Origin: Elusimicrobiota bacterium
Lineage (GTDB): Bacteria; Elusimicrobiota; Endomicrobiia; Endomicrobiales; JBDRNC01
Assembly: GCA_043811535.1 (NCBI GenBank)
Contig: JBDRNC010000012.1
Coordinates: 63,697 to 127,696, forward strand
Length of the DNA: 64,000 nucleotides
Direction of reading: 5' to 3'
Under the pieces are notes generated by a model. It searched no databases. It was not told the DNA's origin and saw nothing but the letters and a program-made list of their open reading frames with translations. Positions within the stretch are counted from its first letter, which is position 1. Every line of letters starts with the position of its first letter. Positions 43,927 to 52,859 of the stretch are shown here, in pieces. A program made the position numbers and the translations under genes.

Positions 43927-46071
43927 TCATCTATATACTTCCATCTTATCTATAATAATCTTTGAAGTTGAATTACCGCCCGAGGCCATGACTATAGCGA
44001 TGCCTTTGACCTTGTCATAATCCGGCCGGTTATTGCCGTCAGTCACCTGGTCGTACGGATCCCTGGCCAGGTTTCCCAGAGCCGAGATCACCTTTCTCCA
44101 GCCGGACCAGGTAAGCCGGATCTCAGAATCAAACCATCTTTCCCCGTCTTCGTCTATCAGCATCACCTTAAGCTTGTTCCATGAATTATCTCCGCGCACC
44201 CAGAAGCTGAACGCCTTGTAGTCCGAGATATCCCTTAGTTCCGGGAAAGCGTTCTGCGTGTATCCCCATGAACCGGCCATGGCAGGCTCGTAATCCAATA
44301 CCAGGGCCGAATTCCCGCCGCGTTTGTTTTCCGTATCAACGCCCGGGACGTAATTCGCCGCGCCTTTATAAACGACCGAAAAATCTTTTTTCGCGCCGTC
44401 GGCGGAATCATACTCGAAATCATACAGCACGTCGCCGTCCTGCGCGCCGTAAACCTCAAGATCCTGATCGGCTATGCCGGATTCCATGGTAATGAATTTT
44501 GCAGCGGAATACTTAACCTTCTCGCCGTCTTTTTCCTGTTCCGCCGCGGCGACGAATTTTACAAACACTTCCTTCCCGTAAAATCTGGATTCAAACTTTA
44601 TCTTACCCTCGCTGTCTGTAACGCCTTCAAACTCTTTTTCATCGCCGCCTAAAAGGACATGATACCCGTACCTGACTGCCGCTCCTGGAACCGGCCGGCC
44701 GGCCCCATCAACGAAGCTTATTTCCATCCCTAAATTGTCGCCGGGCCTGCAAGAATCCTTATCCGCGCTCAAGCTCAGCACAGGGCTGCTTTCGGAGCTC
44801 TTGCCGGTCCAGAAAACCAGTTTCCTGGTGAAATTCTTGCCGCTGGTACCGGCGCGCACTTTCACCAGCATTTCTTTTTTTCCTTCGGCCATAGCCGCGC
44901 AATCAAACTCGCCTTTAAACCATAATCCGTTCCTGGCAAGCCCTATCTTTTTTTCTCCGATAACACAGTCTATCGACTTCACGTTCTTGACAGCGTATAT
45001 CTCAACCGGGACCTTGCCGGTATATGAAACTAGATTTCTCGGGCTGGTCACTATGGCCTGGTTATACTCCTTGAACGCGTAATAAACGGGCCGCGGTTTC
45101 CCTTTCGGGTCCGATTTTTCATCCTGGATGCCCAGCACCCCGTACCATTCCTCAGCGTGGTCGTCGTGCTTATTCGGGCTTCCCGCTTTCCACCAGCCGT
45201 CGTTCCACATGAACAGGCACCCCCCCTGCAGCCCCGCGGATATGATTGATTCGTACATCAGAAGATCGCCGTTTTTCTGGTCTTCCTCGGTATTGCCCCC
45301 GTACCCGAACTTTTCTTTCGCGCCGCTTTTTGAAACCGACAGCCCGAATTCCCCGACCACGAACGGCTTGTCCTTCGCGTAGGCCTGTTTGAACCATTCA
45401 AGGTGTTCCCTGTACCCCATGACCCTGTTCGTTATCGGCCCGTATATGTAGAAATTGTAAAAAAGCACGTCCCACATATCCTGCTCATAACACTCGTTCC
45501 AGTGCGCGTTGGCTATGGAAACCCCCATGCCGGGATCAACTTCTTTGACTATGGATTTCATCCTTTTCAGGGCATCGTTAACCTTTGACACGCCGTTCTT
45601 CGCGGCTATCCACGGTTCGGGCTCGTTATTGATTGAGTAAAAAAGCACGTTGCCCGCGGCTTTTGAATAGGCCACCACTTCCCTAAGCTTGCTCTCCATT
45701 TCACGTGCGTAGTCAGGTTCGTTCAAATACCTGTCTATATCGAACCAGAAGCCCTGAATTACCATGATACCCGCTTCATTGATCATCCGGAGCTCCTGCT
45801 CCGTAAGATAATTCCACGTGCGGATAGTGTTAAAGTTCCCTTCTTTTATGAGCTTAAGGTCGTAACGCAGGAATTCCGGGTTGAATTTACGCTCCCACGG
45901 TATCTCCCCGGGACGCGCCCCGAGTTCATGCCCCAGTCCTTTGACGAAATACTTCTCACCGTCAACATAGAACCACCCGTCCTTTATTTCGACCCTTGAA
46001 GCCGAATAGAGCGGCTGAAAACCTGCCATTATTAAAGCGAAAAGCAACAGGTTCCTGAGCAACTTCGACAT
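43927..46071 (-). CDS. Secreted clan GH-A TIM-barrel glycoside hydrolase (GH2 TIM-like) + Ig-like + CBM11-like
   Basis: VDGEKYFVKG, FNTIRTW, INNEP (acid/base), VGEFG (nucleophile), F.W.DGWWK...EEWYG; C-terminal SFWVRGD.S...LIDEDGE..W.GW; start moved to ATG 46071. Confidence 0.75.
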   Translation of the reverse strand: MSKLLRNLLLFALIMAGFQPLYSASRVEIKDGWFYVDGEKYFVKGLGHELGARPGEIPWERKFNPEFLRYDLKLIKEGNFNTIRTWNYLTEQELRMINEAGIMVIQGFWFDIDRYLNEPDYAREMESKLREVVAYSKAAGNVLFYSINNEPEPWIAAKNGVSKVNDALKRMKSIVKEVDPGMGVSIANAHWNECYEQDMWDVLFYNFYIYGPITNRVMGYREHLEWFKQAYAKDKPFVVGEFGLSVSKSGAKEKFGYGGNTEEDQKNGDLLMYESIISAGLQGGCLFMWNDGWWKAGSPNKHDDHAEEWYGVLGIQDEKSDPKGKPRPVYYAFKEYNQAIVTSPRNLVSYTGKVPVEIYAVKNVKSIDCVIGEKKIGLARNGLWFKGEFDCAAMAEGKKEMLVKVRAGTSGKNFTRKLVFWTGKSSESSPVLSLSADKDSCRPGDNLGMEISFVDGAGRPVPGAAVRYGYHVLLGGDEKEFEGVTDSEGKIKFESRFYGKEVFVKFVAAAEQEKDGEKVKYSAAKFITMESGIADQDLEVYGAQDGDVLYDFEYDSADGAKKDFSVVYKGAANYVPGVDTENKRGGNSALVLDYEPAMAGSWGYTQNAFPELRDISDYKAFSFWVRGDNSWNKLKVMLIDEDGERWFDSEIRLTWSGWRKVISALGNLARDPYDQVTDGNNRPDYDKVKGIAIVMASGGNSTSKIIIDKMEVYR

Positions 46072-46174
46072 GCATCCTCCTGTCCGGGCAAACGTTGTCA
46101 TATTGTACAAAATATTTTTATTCTATCAACATCCGCGATAAAAAAATCGGATATCTTCGGAAAAGCGGCAGGGC

Positions 46175-47458
46175 CTATTTATCCTTCGTTTCCTTGTTAT
46201 CTTTTTGTACTTCCGTAAAGCAAGCCGACAGCCATTTGATAATGGACGGGTGCTGCATGAAGTATTTCCATACGAATCCTGTCCTGTAATTCTCTATCAT
46301 AAGGATCGTTATGCCCGTGTCTATTCCCAAAGACTCATCGCACCACCAGTCAAGCGCGATGTTGAAGCCGTTCCTTAAGCCGAACGGGGAATTCAGCCTG
46401 TCGCCGTACTCGTGAGACATCTTCCTGAGCGTCTGTATGCAGATCTTCGGCGCGAACGGTATCGAACCCGCCGCCGCGGAGGGAGCGATTGTGCCGTCGC
46501 AGAGAGGCTCTCCCGGACCGGCGCCGTATCCCTTGTAGCCGTAGGGCCCTATGCACGCCGTCACACCCCACATATCTTCGTCAAAACCGATAAACTCCCT
46601 CATGTTGTCTATGCAATAGTCCCTGTTCGCATTAGTCGCGCGCACCGAGTTCTCCCAGTAATCGGTGTATTTATCGCGCTTGCCCCTGAAATCTATCCAT
46701 GCGTGGCTGTACTGGTATACGAAAAGACTGCCGGTACCGCAGTATATGAACGGCTTGCCTCCGTATTTGGATGTGGGCCTCGCCCATGTGTCCCATGATT
46801 CCGCCGGTATGGGGTGCGAAGGAGATCCTATCGCGAGCGCGTACAATATCATCAATTCATTGTATGAGTCCCAGTAATACGGAAGGAAACCTTTATCCGG
46901 CTTCCATCCCATGCTCAATACTTTCTTGCCGTTAAGCATCCACGCCCAGTCGATCCTCTCGTAAAGCTCGTTGGCAAGTTTCTCTATCTCGGTGCCTTTA
47001 AAATACTCGCCGGCCGTAAGGGCTCCCGCTATGAACAGGGCCGTGTCTATGGATGAAAGTTCGCAGTCCCACACGCGGTGCCCGGTCTTCATGTTGACAA
47101 AATGGTAGTAAAATCCGTGTTCTTCCGACAGGGCGTTCTTGAAGGTTTTCAGCCCGGTCAATATGAGCTTGTAGGCCGCGTCCTTTGTTATCCAGCCGTT
47201 TTCCGCGCCAATGCACAGCGCGGTAATCCCGAACCCCTGCGAGGCTATGCTGCACGGCGAGTCGAGCCTTGAGCTGTCAGGCATCAGCCCAGTATCGCGG
47301 TTGACCAGGCTTTCAAAATAAGCAAACGAATCTTTCTCCAGCTTCAGAAGGAACTCGTCGTCGGACATGGTTGCGGCATGAGCGGAAACAGCGGATAGAA
47401 CGCATAATGCCGTTAAAAGAATTTTGATTTTGCTTTTGATTTTATTCACTTTGAGCAC
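46175..47458 (-). CDS. Glucoamylase-family (GH144-like) putative beta-1,2-glucanase
   Basis: TGLMPD, SIASQGFG, GFYYHF, CELSSIDTAL, MGWKP, YNE, LFVYQYSHAWIDFR, WGVTAC, DGTIAP, GIDTG...IENYRTG. Confidence 0.88.
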   Translation of the reverse strand: MLKVNKIKSKIKILLTALCVLSAVSAHAATMSDDEFLLKLEKDSFAYFESLVNRDTGLMPDSSRLDSPCSIASQGFGITALCIGAENGWITKDAAYKLILTGLKTFKNALSEEHGFYYHFVNMKTGHRVWDCELSSIDTALFIAGALTAGEYFKGTEIEKLANELYERIDWAWMLNGKKVLSMGWKPDKGFLPYYWDSYNELMILYALAIGSPSHPIPAESWDTWARPTSKYGGKPFIYCGTGSLFVYQYSHAWIDFRGKRDKYTDYWENSVRATNANRDYCIDNMREFIGFDEDMWGVTACIGPYGYKGYGAGPGEPLCDGTIAPSAAAGSIPFAPKICIQTLRKMSHEYGDRLNSPFGLRNGFNIALDWWCDESLGIDTGITILMIENYRTGFVWKYFMQHPSIIKWLSACFTEVQKDNKETKDK

Positions 47459-47517
47459 CTCAAGTGTTGTTTTAATTGCCTTATGCGAAATCCCTCAGCC
47501 GCGGCGGACGGGATAAG

Positions 47518-47549
47518 AACTTCTCTCAAGGTTAAGCTTGAGAGAAGTT
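47518..47549. other. Perfect 13-bp-stem intergenic hairpin
   Basis: AACTTCTCTCAAG-gttaag-CTTGAGAGAAGTT. Confidence 0.7.
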
Positions 47550-47586
47550 TAGTGCCCTCTGCTTACCCGCCTTTAACCGGCCGGAT

Positions 47587-48255
47587 TCAGTTTTCGTGCA
47601 ATACCCTATACTTGTCCAGTATCTGCTCCGCTTCCACTATATATTTCTGTCTATCCTGCTCGGACTGCGTTTTGTCGTGCTGTTCAAGGCAATGCCTTAC
47701 CTTATCTATATTGAGCGCGAAACCGTGGATGGCGGTATCTATGCTTGAGGCAAGATCTTTCAGCTCATCCCTCTGCCGCAGGGAAAACCTTACCGTCAGG
47801 TCCCCGTCAATCACGCTTTTTAGGTCGCGTTTCAGCCGGAAAACCGGGCCCGCCACTTTATGGGACATCAATATCGTTATTCCCGTAACGAAGCACGCGG
47901 CGATAAGCACGAACGGGATCAGTATTTTGTTCGCGCGGATCAATATCTCGTTGAACGTCGCTTTATCATGATCGCTTAGCATCTTCGCCCAGTCCTTGAT
48001 TATTGGGATAGAATCAACTTCCTGGCGCGTCCTTACTATCTGATATTCGTGTATCCTTTTCATTTCCTGAAGGTTGCGGTCCACCTTCACTACGGAAAAT
48101 TCCCTGACAACGGAATGCCAGATGCCCATGTAGATGCCGCCGCCCACGATAAACGCAAAAATCATCAGGTAGGCCAGGTTAAAAATTATGTACTTCATCT
48201 GAAGACGCGGTTCTATCCAGAAACGGCGCCTTCTGTACTTCATTTGATTTGCCAT
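47587..48255 (-). CDS. Two-TM membrane protein with a HAMP-like domain and no obvious output domain
   Basis: RRRRFWI...LQMKY, two TM helices, SHKVAGPVFRL...GDL..RFSLR..DEL. Confidence 0.75.
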   Translation of the reverse strand: MANQMKYRRRRFWIEPRLQMKYIIFNLAYLMIFAFIVGGGIYMGIWHSVVREFSVVKVDRNLQEMKRIHEYQIVRTRQEVDSIPIIKDWAKMLSDHDKATFNEILIRANKILIPFVLIAACFVTGITILMSHKVAGPVFRLKRDLKSVIDGDLTVRFSLRQRDELKDLASSIDTAIHGFALNIDKVRHCLEQHDKTQSEQDRQKYIVEAEQILDKYRVLHEN

Positions 48256-48272
48256 TTTATACTCCTTTAAAC

Positions 48273-48360
48273 GTACTGGGTATCCTGTATTGTGTATTGA
48301 GTTAAGGAAGAAAAGTATTTAAAGGTTTTACCCAATACCCCGTACTCAATACCCAATACC
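48273..48360. repeat. Self-complementary heptamer array (GTATTGN / CCCAATA)
   Basis: GTACTGG-GTATCCT-GTATTGT-GTATTGA ... CCCAATA-CCCCGTA-CTCAATA-CCCAATA. Confidence 0.85.
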
Positions 48361-48371
48361 GCCGTAATTCA

Positions 48372-49610
48372 TTATTCCGTCAACTGCATCTCGCCCAGCC
48401 TAATCAGCTTGCCGGTCTCTTTATTGAAAACCCAGATAAGCTTCCCTGAAAGGGCATCGGCCCCGTCCCAGTCGTTGATAGCGGGCGATACTCCGATGAC
48501 CATTCCTTTTCTGGGCGTTATATCCATGTATTTCCATTTTATCGCCGCCTCTATCTGGTATCCTTCCCACCGCCTTTTCTTGACAACGAGCGACGCAAGC
48601 TCAACGTTGCCGCCGGGGTCCTGATTCTGGAACCACGCCCAGTTCTGCGGCTCATCGGAATCGGGGCTTATGGGGCAGAATCCTATCTGAAAATCCTTCG
48701 AATCCCCCCACAAAAGCCCGTCGTCCTGCGGGTCGATATACACCTCAATGCAGTCGCCCTTGTATATCTCCGGCCCCTTGAACGGGCAAAGTATCTTTTC
48801 ATCCCTGACCCACGCGGCAAAATAGAGATACTGCTCGTCCCACCTGAACGCCGCAGTAACGTCAAGGTCGTCTTTACTCTTCACGTATCCCGTTTCAAGG
48901 TTATTTGCCGCGTCATATCTCATTAACTTGACATTCTTAAAGTTTTCCCACTCGCGCAGGTCTCCGTCAACCGTTATCTTTTCCCCGGGCCCGAGTTTCG
49001 CCGCGAACGCGTCGTAGCCCTGCGAGCTTGACACAAAATAGATGTCGTCCACGTAAATCGTGCCGGTTTTTTTCGTGGATTTTTCATTGAAGTTGATAAA
49101 CAGTTCCGTCACGCTAGACACATTCTTCAGCCCGAATTTATGTATGGGTATCATGTACTTCTGCCACTGGCCCATCACGCCTTCAAGCACGAAACTGCCC
49201 GTCTCCTTGCTGTTTTTCAATTCAAACGTCAGCGTCCGTGTGAAACCCTTCAACTCGTCTCCCCTTACCGATATTACGAGGTATTTCATCTTTTCCAGAT
49301 TCATCCCCTTCAACTGCGTGAAATACCCGTTCTTCCCGATGTTGGGGAATTCCTTGTTGTAGGTAAAAGGCGTATCCACATCGTAGGACAGCTTTAAAGA
49401 ACGTCCCATGTCCCCCAGTCTCGTTTCAGCGTCAAAAGAAGTCTTGCAGAACTGGTTCTTATCGCTCGGATTAACGCTCCAGCATCCTGTCGCGCCGCCC
49501 AGCTTGTTGACAGGTTTGCCGTCGTTGAAATCATCCACCCAAATTGTGTTTATCGCGCCTGCTGAAGCAGAAAATGAAAGCATTACGATCAATACAAGGA
49601 TTTTTTTCAT
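48372..49610 (-). CDS. Secreted CBM11-like + CBM9-like (DOMON) sugar-binding protein
   Basis: VDDFN.G...NKLGG..G.W..YDVD...ELKN...YVDDIYF; then ITVDGDLREW...WDEQYLYFAA.V.D...GDCIEVYID...Y.IEAAI.W. Confidence 0.8.
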   Translation of the reverse strand: MKKILVLIVMLSFSASAGAINTIWVDDFNDGKPVNKLGGATGCWSVNPSDKNQFCKTSFDAETRLGDMGRSLKLSYDVDTPFTYNKEFPNIGKNGYFTQLKGMNLEKMKYLVISVRGDELKGFTRTLTFELKNSKETGSFVLEGVMGQWQKYMIPIHKFGLKNVSSVTELFINFNEKSTKKTGTIYVDDIYFVSSSQGYDAFAAKLGPGEKITVDGDLREWENFKNVKLMRYDAANNLETGYVKSKDDLDVTAAFRWDEQYLYFAAWVRDEKILCPFKGPEIYKGDCIEVYIDPQDDGLLWGDSKDFQIGFCPISPDSDEPQNWAWFQNQDPGGNVELASLVVKKRRWEGYQIEAAIKWKYMDITPRKGMVIGVSPAINDWDGADALSGKLIWVFNKETGKLIRLGEMQLTE

Positions 49611-49635
49611 ACTTCACCTCTATTATGGTACAGTC

Positions 49636-50655
49636 TCACTGCCCTATTATGAATTCAACGCGCCTGTTCTTCGCCCTGCCAGCGGCGGTTGAATTGTCCG
49701 CGACCGGATCATCTATGCCCTTCCCCGAAGCAACAAGCCTTTTCGCGTCAATACCGAGATTTATAAGCTCCACGCGGACGGCAGAGGCTCTCTCTACGGA
49801 AAGTTCAAGATTACGGTCTTTGTTCCCGGAATTATCGGTGTAGCCAACGATCTGAACGCCCCGCGAGGAGTATTTCTTCAGTATACCCGCCACTTGTCCG
49901 AGCTTTTTCTTTTCAGCTTCGTTCATGTCAGACCTGTTTGCACGGAAGTTTATCCGCACCGTGATGACAATTCCGTCCTCTTCCTGCCTTGCTTCAAGCC
50001 TGTCCTTTTTCGCGTCATCCAGCAGCGACCCAGCCCCGTTATCTTCGCTAATTTGTTTTTCAGCGGCTTTTTTCGGGAGCGGCGTGTCATAATTGCCGTC
50101 GGAAAAACATATATCGTCCACGTAAAGCGCTCCAATCTTATTGTCTGTCGTGTCAAAGCCGAACACGAAAACGAATTCCGTCAGGCTCGAAAGGTCGGTG
50201 AGGCCGTCAATCTGGTCAAGCGGCACGGCGAATTTCTGCCATGTGCCGTTTACACCCCTTATCGTGCATTTCCCCGACTCTGACGCGTTTTTCAGCTCGA
50301 CGTTGAACTTGGTCGGGTATCCCACCGCGGTATCCCCTTTAATGAACAAAACCAGCAGCTTGTAGGGCCTGGCGTCCAGATTCTGGAGTTTCGTCCAGTA
50401 GCCGCCGAACGCCGGGTTAGGGGAATCGACGTCAAATTTCAGATAGAGAGAGCTCCCTTTTTCCCCGAATTTTACCTTGTCCGAGAATTCCGACCAGCAC
50501 CCCTGCGTTTCGTCGCTCGGATTTCCGAGCCAAACACCGGACTCGCCTCCGAGAGAGTTTTTGTCCTGTTTTGAATTAAAAGTGTCCACCACGAGAACCT
50601 TCGCCCCGGCGATGGATGTCAAAAACAGCAATAATAAAACAATTATTTTTTTCAT
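49636..50655 (-). CDS. CBM11-like + OmpA C-terminal peptidoglycan-binding protein
   Basis: N-terminal module paralogous to 48372 and 50767; C-terminal GYTDNSG...N..LS.ERA.AV...G.G...P..DN.T..GR..NRRVE. Confidence 0.88.
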   Translation of the reverse strand: MKKIIVLLLLFLTSIAGAKVLVVDTFNSKQDKNSLGGESGVWLGNPSDETQGCWSEFSDKVKFGEKGSSLYLKFDVDSPNPAFGGYWTKLQNLDARPYKLLVLFIKGDTAVGYPTKFNVELKNASESGKCTIRGVNGTWQKFAVPLDQIDGLTDLSSLTEFVFVFGFDTTDNKIGALYVDDICFSDGNYDTPLPKKAAEKQISEDNGAGSLLDDAKKDRLEARQEEDGIVITVRINFRANRSDMNEAEKKKLGQVAGILKKYSSRGVQIVGYTDNSGNKDRNLELSVERASAVRVELINLGIDAKRLVASGKGIDDPVADNSTAAGRAKNRRVEFIIGQ

Positions 50656-50660
50656 CTATA

Positions 50661-50764
50661 TAATCCGTGAAATCAGTCGTAAATCTGTGTAATCGTATTT
50701 ATTTTCATCTGCGTAATCCGTTGTTTGAATCTGTGTAATCCGCTTTTTTCAATCTGTGTAATCG
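50661..50764. repeat. Nonamer-based direct-repeat array (AATCTGTGT-AATC)
   Basis: Five (A/C)ATCYGYGWAATC units separated by 5-10-nt spacers. Confidence 0.8.
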
Positions 50765-50766
50765 TC

Positions 50767-51375
50767 TTACTTGACGAAGGTTATATCGTCCACATAGATA
50801 GCGCCGGTTCTTTTGGTCGTTTGAATGTCAAAACAGATGACGAATTCCGTCATCTGAGTCCAGTTCGTTATCTCCTTGAAATACTCCAGCGGTATCTCAA
50901 GCGCCTTCCAGTCATTCCTTATTCCGTCAATATATACCGCGCTGACCTCGGAGGCGTTCTTCAATTCTAATTTTATCTTTTGAGTATATCCCAGCTTATC
51001 GTCGCCTTTTACCCGGAAAACCAGTTTTGAATACTTGCTGATATCAAGCGTGCTTTCGCCGTTCAGCTTCATCCAGAAACCGTTATAGGCCTCTTTCGGC
51101 GAATCCACGTCATACACGAGTTTCAGGCATTTCCCCGTATCGCCGTAGCCCGGGGAAACAACCTCTATGCTGCAGCTCTGCGAGTTGTCGTTCGGGTTAT
51201 TGCTGAAGTAACCTGAGACGTAGCCTTCTTTTTCGAAATCAGCCGCCACAAGCAATCCGGAATTCTGCGCGGCTTTTTTGCTTTTCGGAGACGTTTTTTT
51301 CGCCGCGGCGGCAGCTTCCGGTATTTGGCCCGCAAGCAATACCGCGCAAGCGGCAACCAATACTAATTTATGCAT
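50767..51375 (-). CDS. Secreted stand-alone CBM11-like protein
   Basis: Signal peptide, Lys/Ala-rich linker, ADFE...YDVDSP..YNGFWMKL...VKGD...ELKN...W...IPL..F...YVDDITF. Confidence 0.8.
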   Translation of the reverse strand: MHKLVLVAACAVLLAGQIPEAAAAAKKTSPKSKKAAQNSGLLVAADFEKEGYVSGYFSNNPNDNSQSCSIEVVSPGYGDTGKCLKLVYDVDSPKEAYNGFWMKLNGESTLDISKYSKLVFRVKGDDKLGYTQKIKLELKNASEVSAVYIDGIRNDWKALEIPLEYFKEITNWTQMTEFVICFDIQTTKRTGAIYVDDITFVK

Positions 51376-51406
51376 GATGTCCTCCCCCCTGGAATTTTTT
51401 TACCTG

Positions 51407-51434
51407 AAACTTGAAACGTTGGAACGCTGGAACT
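51407..51434. repeat. Short degenerate 7/8-mer array
   Basis: AAACTTG-AAACGTTG-GAACGCTG-GAACT just after the 51440 stop. Confidence 0.5.
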
Positions 51435-51439
51435 ATTTA

Positions 51440-52855
51440 TTAGTAGAATTTCTCCGTCGTCAGCAGTTTTTCCTGCGCCTTAATTCTCGCATCCCTGTGG
51501 AATCTTTCTTTTATGGCGTTGTTATTAAGGTAGTTGTTCAGGGCTATCAGGCTCATGGCCTGGTCAAGACACAGGTATTTTGTGCTTATCGCACCGTTTT
51601 TTACGTTTACCGCGTCATAAAAGCCGTATTCCCCGTACATACCGGTAAATTTCAGGAGTTCCCTGAGGTTTTTCACGGCCTTTTCCGGCTCAATGCCGAT
51701 AGCCAGGAACGTGGCATGAGGAGTTATCACGCTCTTGTCTTCATAGCCCTTTGAGCCGAGAACCTTGACGCCGTACTCGCCGTATCCCCACGGGTCTCCC
51801 GGAACGGAACACGGGGATATTCCCCATACCGGGTATTTCATCTCGTTAAGCGCGTAATCTATCTGCACGTTAACTGCCGCCTTGTTGTTCTTCGCAAAAC
51901 TGTCAAGCGCCAGTTCCTGTTCCTTGAGCACCAGCCCCGGCATGAGGAATTCGAACATGCTCCCGCCCCATGAAGGGACGTATTTGAATTCTTTAAAGGT
52001 GTAATATCCCTCAAAAACATCCTGCCCCAGATACTGCCTTGTCTCCCCGCGCGGCTTCTGCGACTGCCAGTCCCATTCCGCGGGAAGAGTTCTCTGCAAC
52101 TTGAACCAGTGTTCCGGCTGCACATCGCCCTTGGCGATAGCAATATATGAGGTTATCCTGGGCTCAGTGCATACCAGGCCGTAATGATACTGGGGATATT
52201 CGGCTTTGTCCGCATCGTATCCGAGATAGAATTGACCCATTTTCGGGTCGTAGAGTTTTCTGAACCTGAACTTGCTCAGAAGCATCTCGCATTCGCGCCC
52301 CAGTTCTCCATCGAATGCCTGCCGGGCCACGATAAGCCCGGCCGCGAGCCAGCCGTTGTCCACGCTTGAAACATACCTGGGGCCGCGGTCAAGTTTTATG
52401 GTCCCGTAGTAATTATAAAACTGCCCTTCCCAATTCTCAAGTCTTTTAAGCGACTCTATGGCCAGCCGGATCCTTCTCACGCCTTCATTTTTCGTGATAA
52501 AACCGAAATCGTATGCGGAAACGACGCACATCATATAAAGGCCTATATTCGTGGTGGTGGTATAGCTGTTCACCTTTGAATATGAGGAAAATATCATGAC
52601 ATTGTCAAGCGGAAAACCGGTACTCTTGTCGACAACGTCGCGAAAATAACCCCATGTGTCCCTTGCCACCTCAAGAAGAAACTCCCTGTCGGGAAGGTTC
52701 GCGTTTATGCTCTTAGTAAATACAGGTTTAAAGCGCATCAGGCGGGCCTGCTGCTGTTTCTCGGTTAACATAGGTTTCTTATACTTTTTATCAGCCGGAT
52801 AAGCCGCATGGACCGCAAAAAAAACAAAAAGAAATGAAAGTATAAACCTTTTCAT
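51440..52855 (-). CDS. Secreted glucoamylase-family/DUF3131-like protein homologous to the Cgs middle (GH189-like) domain
   Basis: TWGYF, P.DN, TTTTNIGLY, FYNYY.T, YVSSVDNGWL, TEPRI.SY, SWGGSMFEFLMP, WGIS, VITPHA, YGFYDAV, LDQAM. Confidence 0.75.
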   Translation of the reverse strand: MKRFILSFLFVFFAVHAAYPADKKYKKPMLTEKQQQARLMRFKPVFTKSINANLPDREFLLEVARDTWGYFRDVVDKSTGFPLDNVMIFSSYSKVNSYTTTTNIGLYMMCVVSAYDFGFITKNEGVRRIRLAIESLKRLENWEGQFYNYYGTIKLDRGPRYVSSVDNGWLAAGLIVARQAFDGELGRECEMLLSKFRFRKLYDPKMGQFYLGYDADKAEYPQYHYGLVCTEPRITSYIAIAKGDVQPEHWFKLQRTLPAEWDWQSQKPRGETRQYLGQDVFEGYYTFKEFKYVPSWGGSMFEFLMPGLVLKEQELALDSFAKNNKAAVNVQIDYALNEMKYPVWGISPCSVPGDPWGYGEYGVKVLGSKGYEDKSVITPHATFLAIGIEPEKAVKNLRELLKFTGMYGEYGFYDAVNVKNGAISTKYLCLDQAMSLIALNNYLNNNAIKERFHRDARIKAQEKLLTTEKFY

Positions 52856-52859
52856 TGTT

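Noticed and set aside
50661..50764. Possible mini-CRISPR array
   Set aside because: Repeats are about 13 bp with 5-10-nt spacers, far below CRISPR dimensions, and no cas genes are present.
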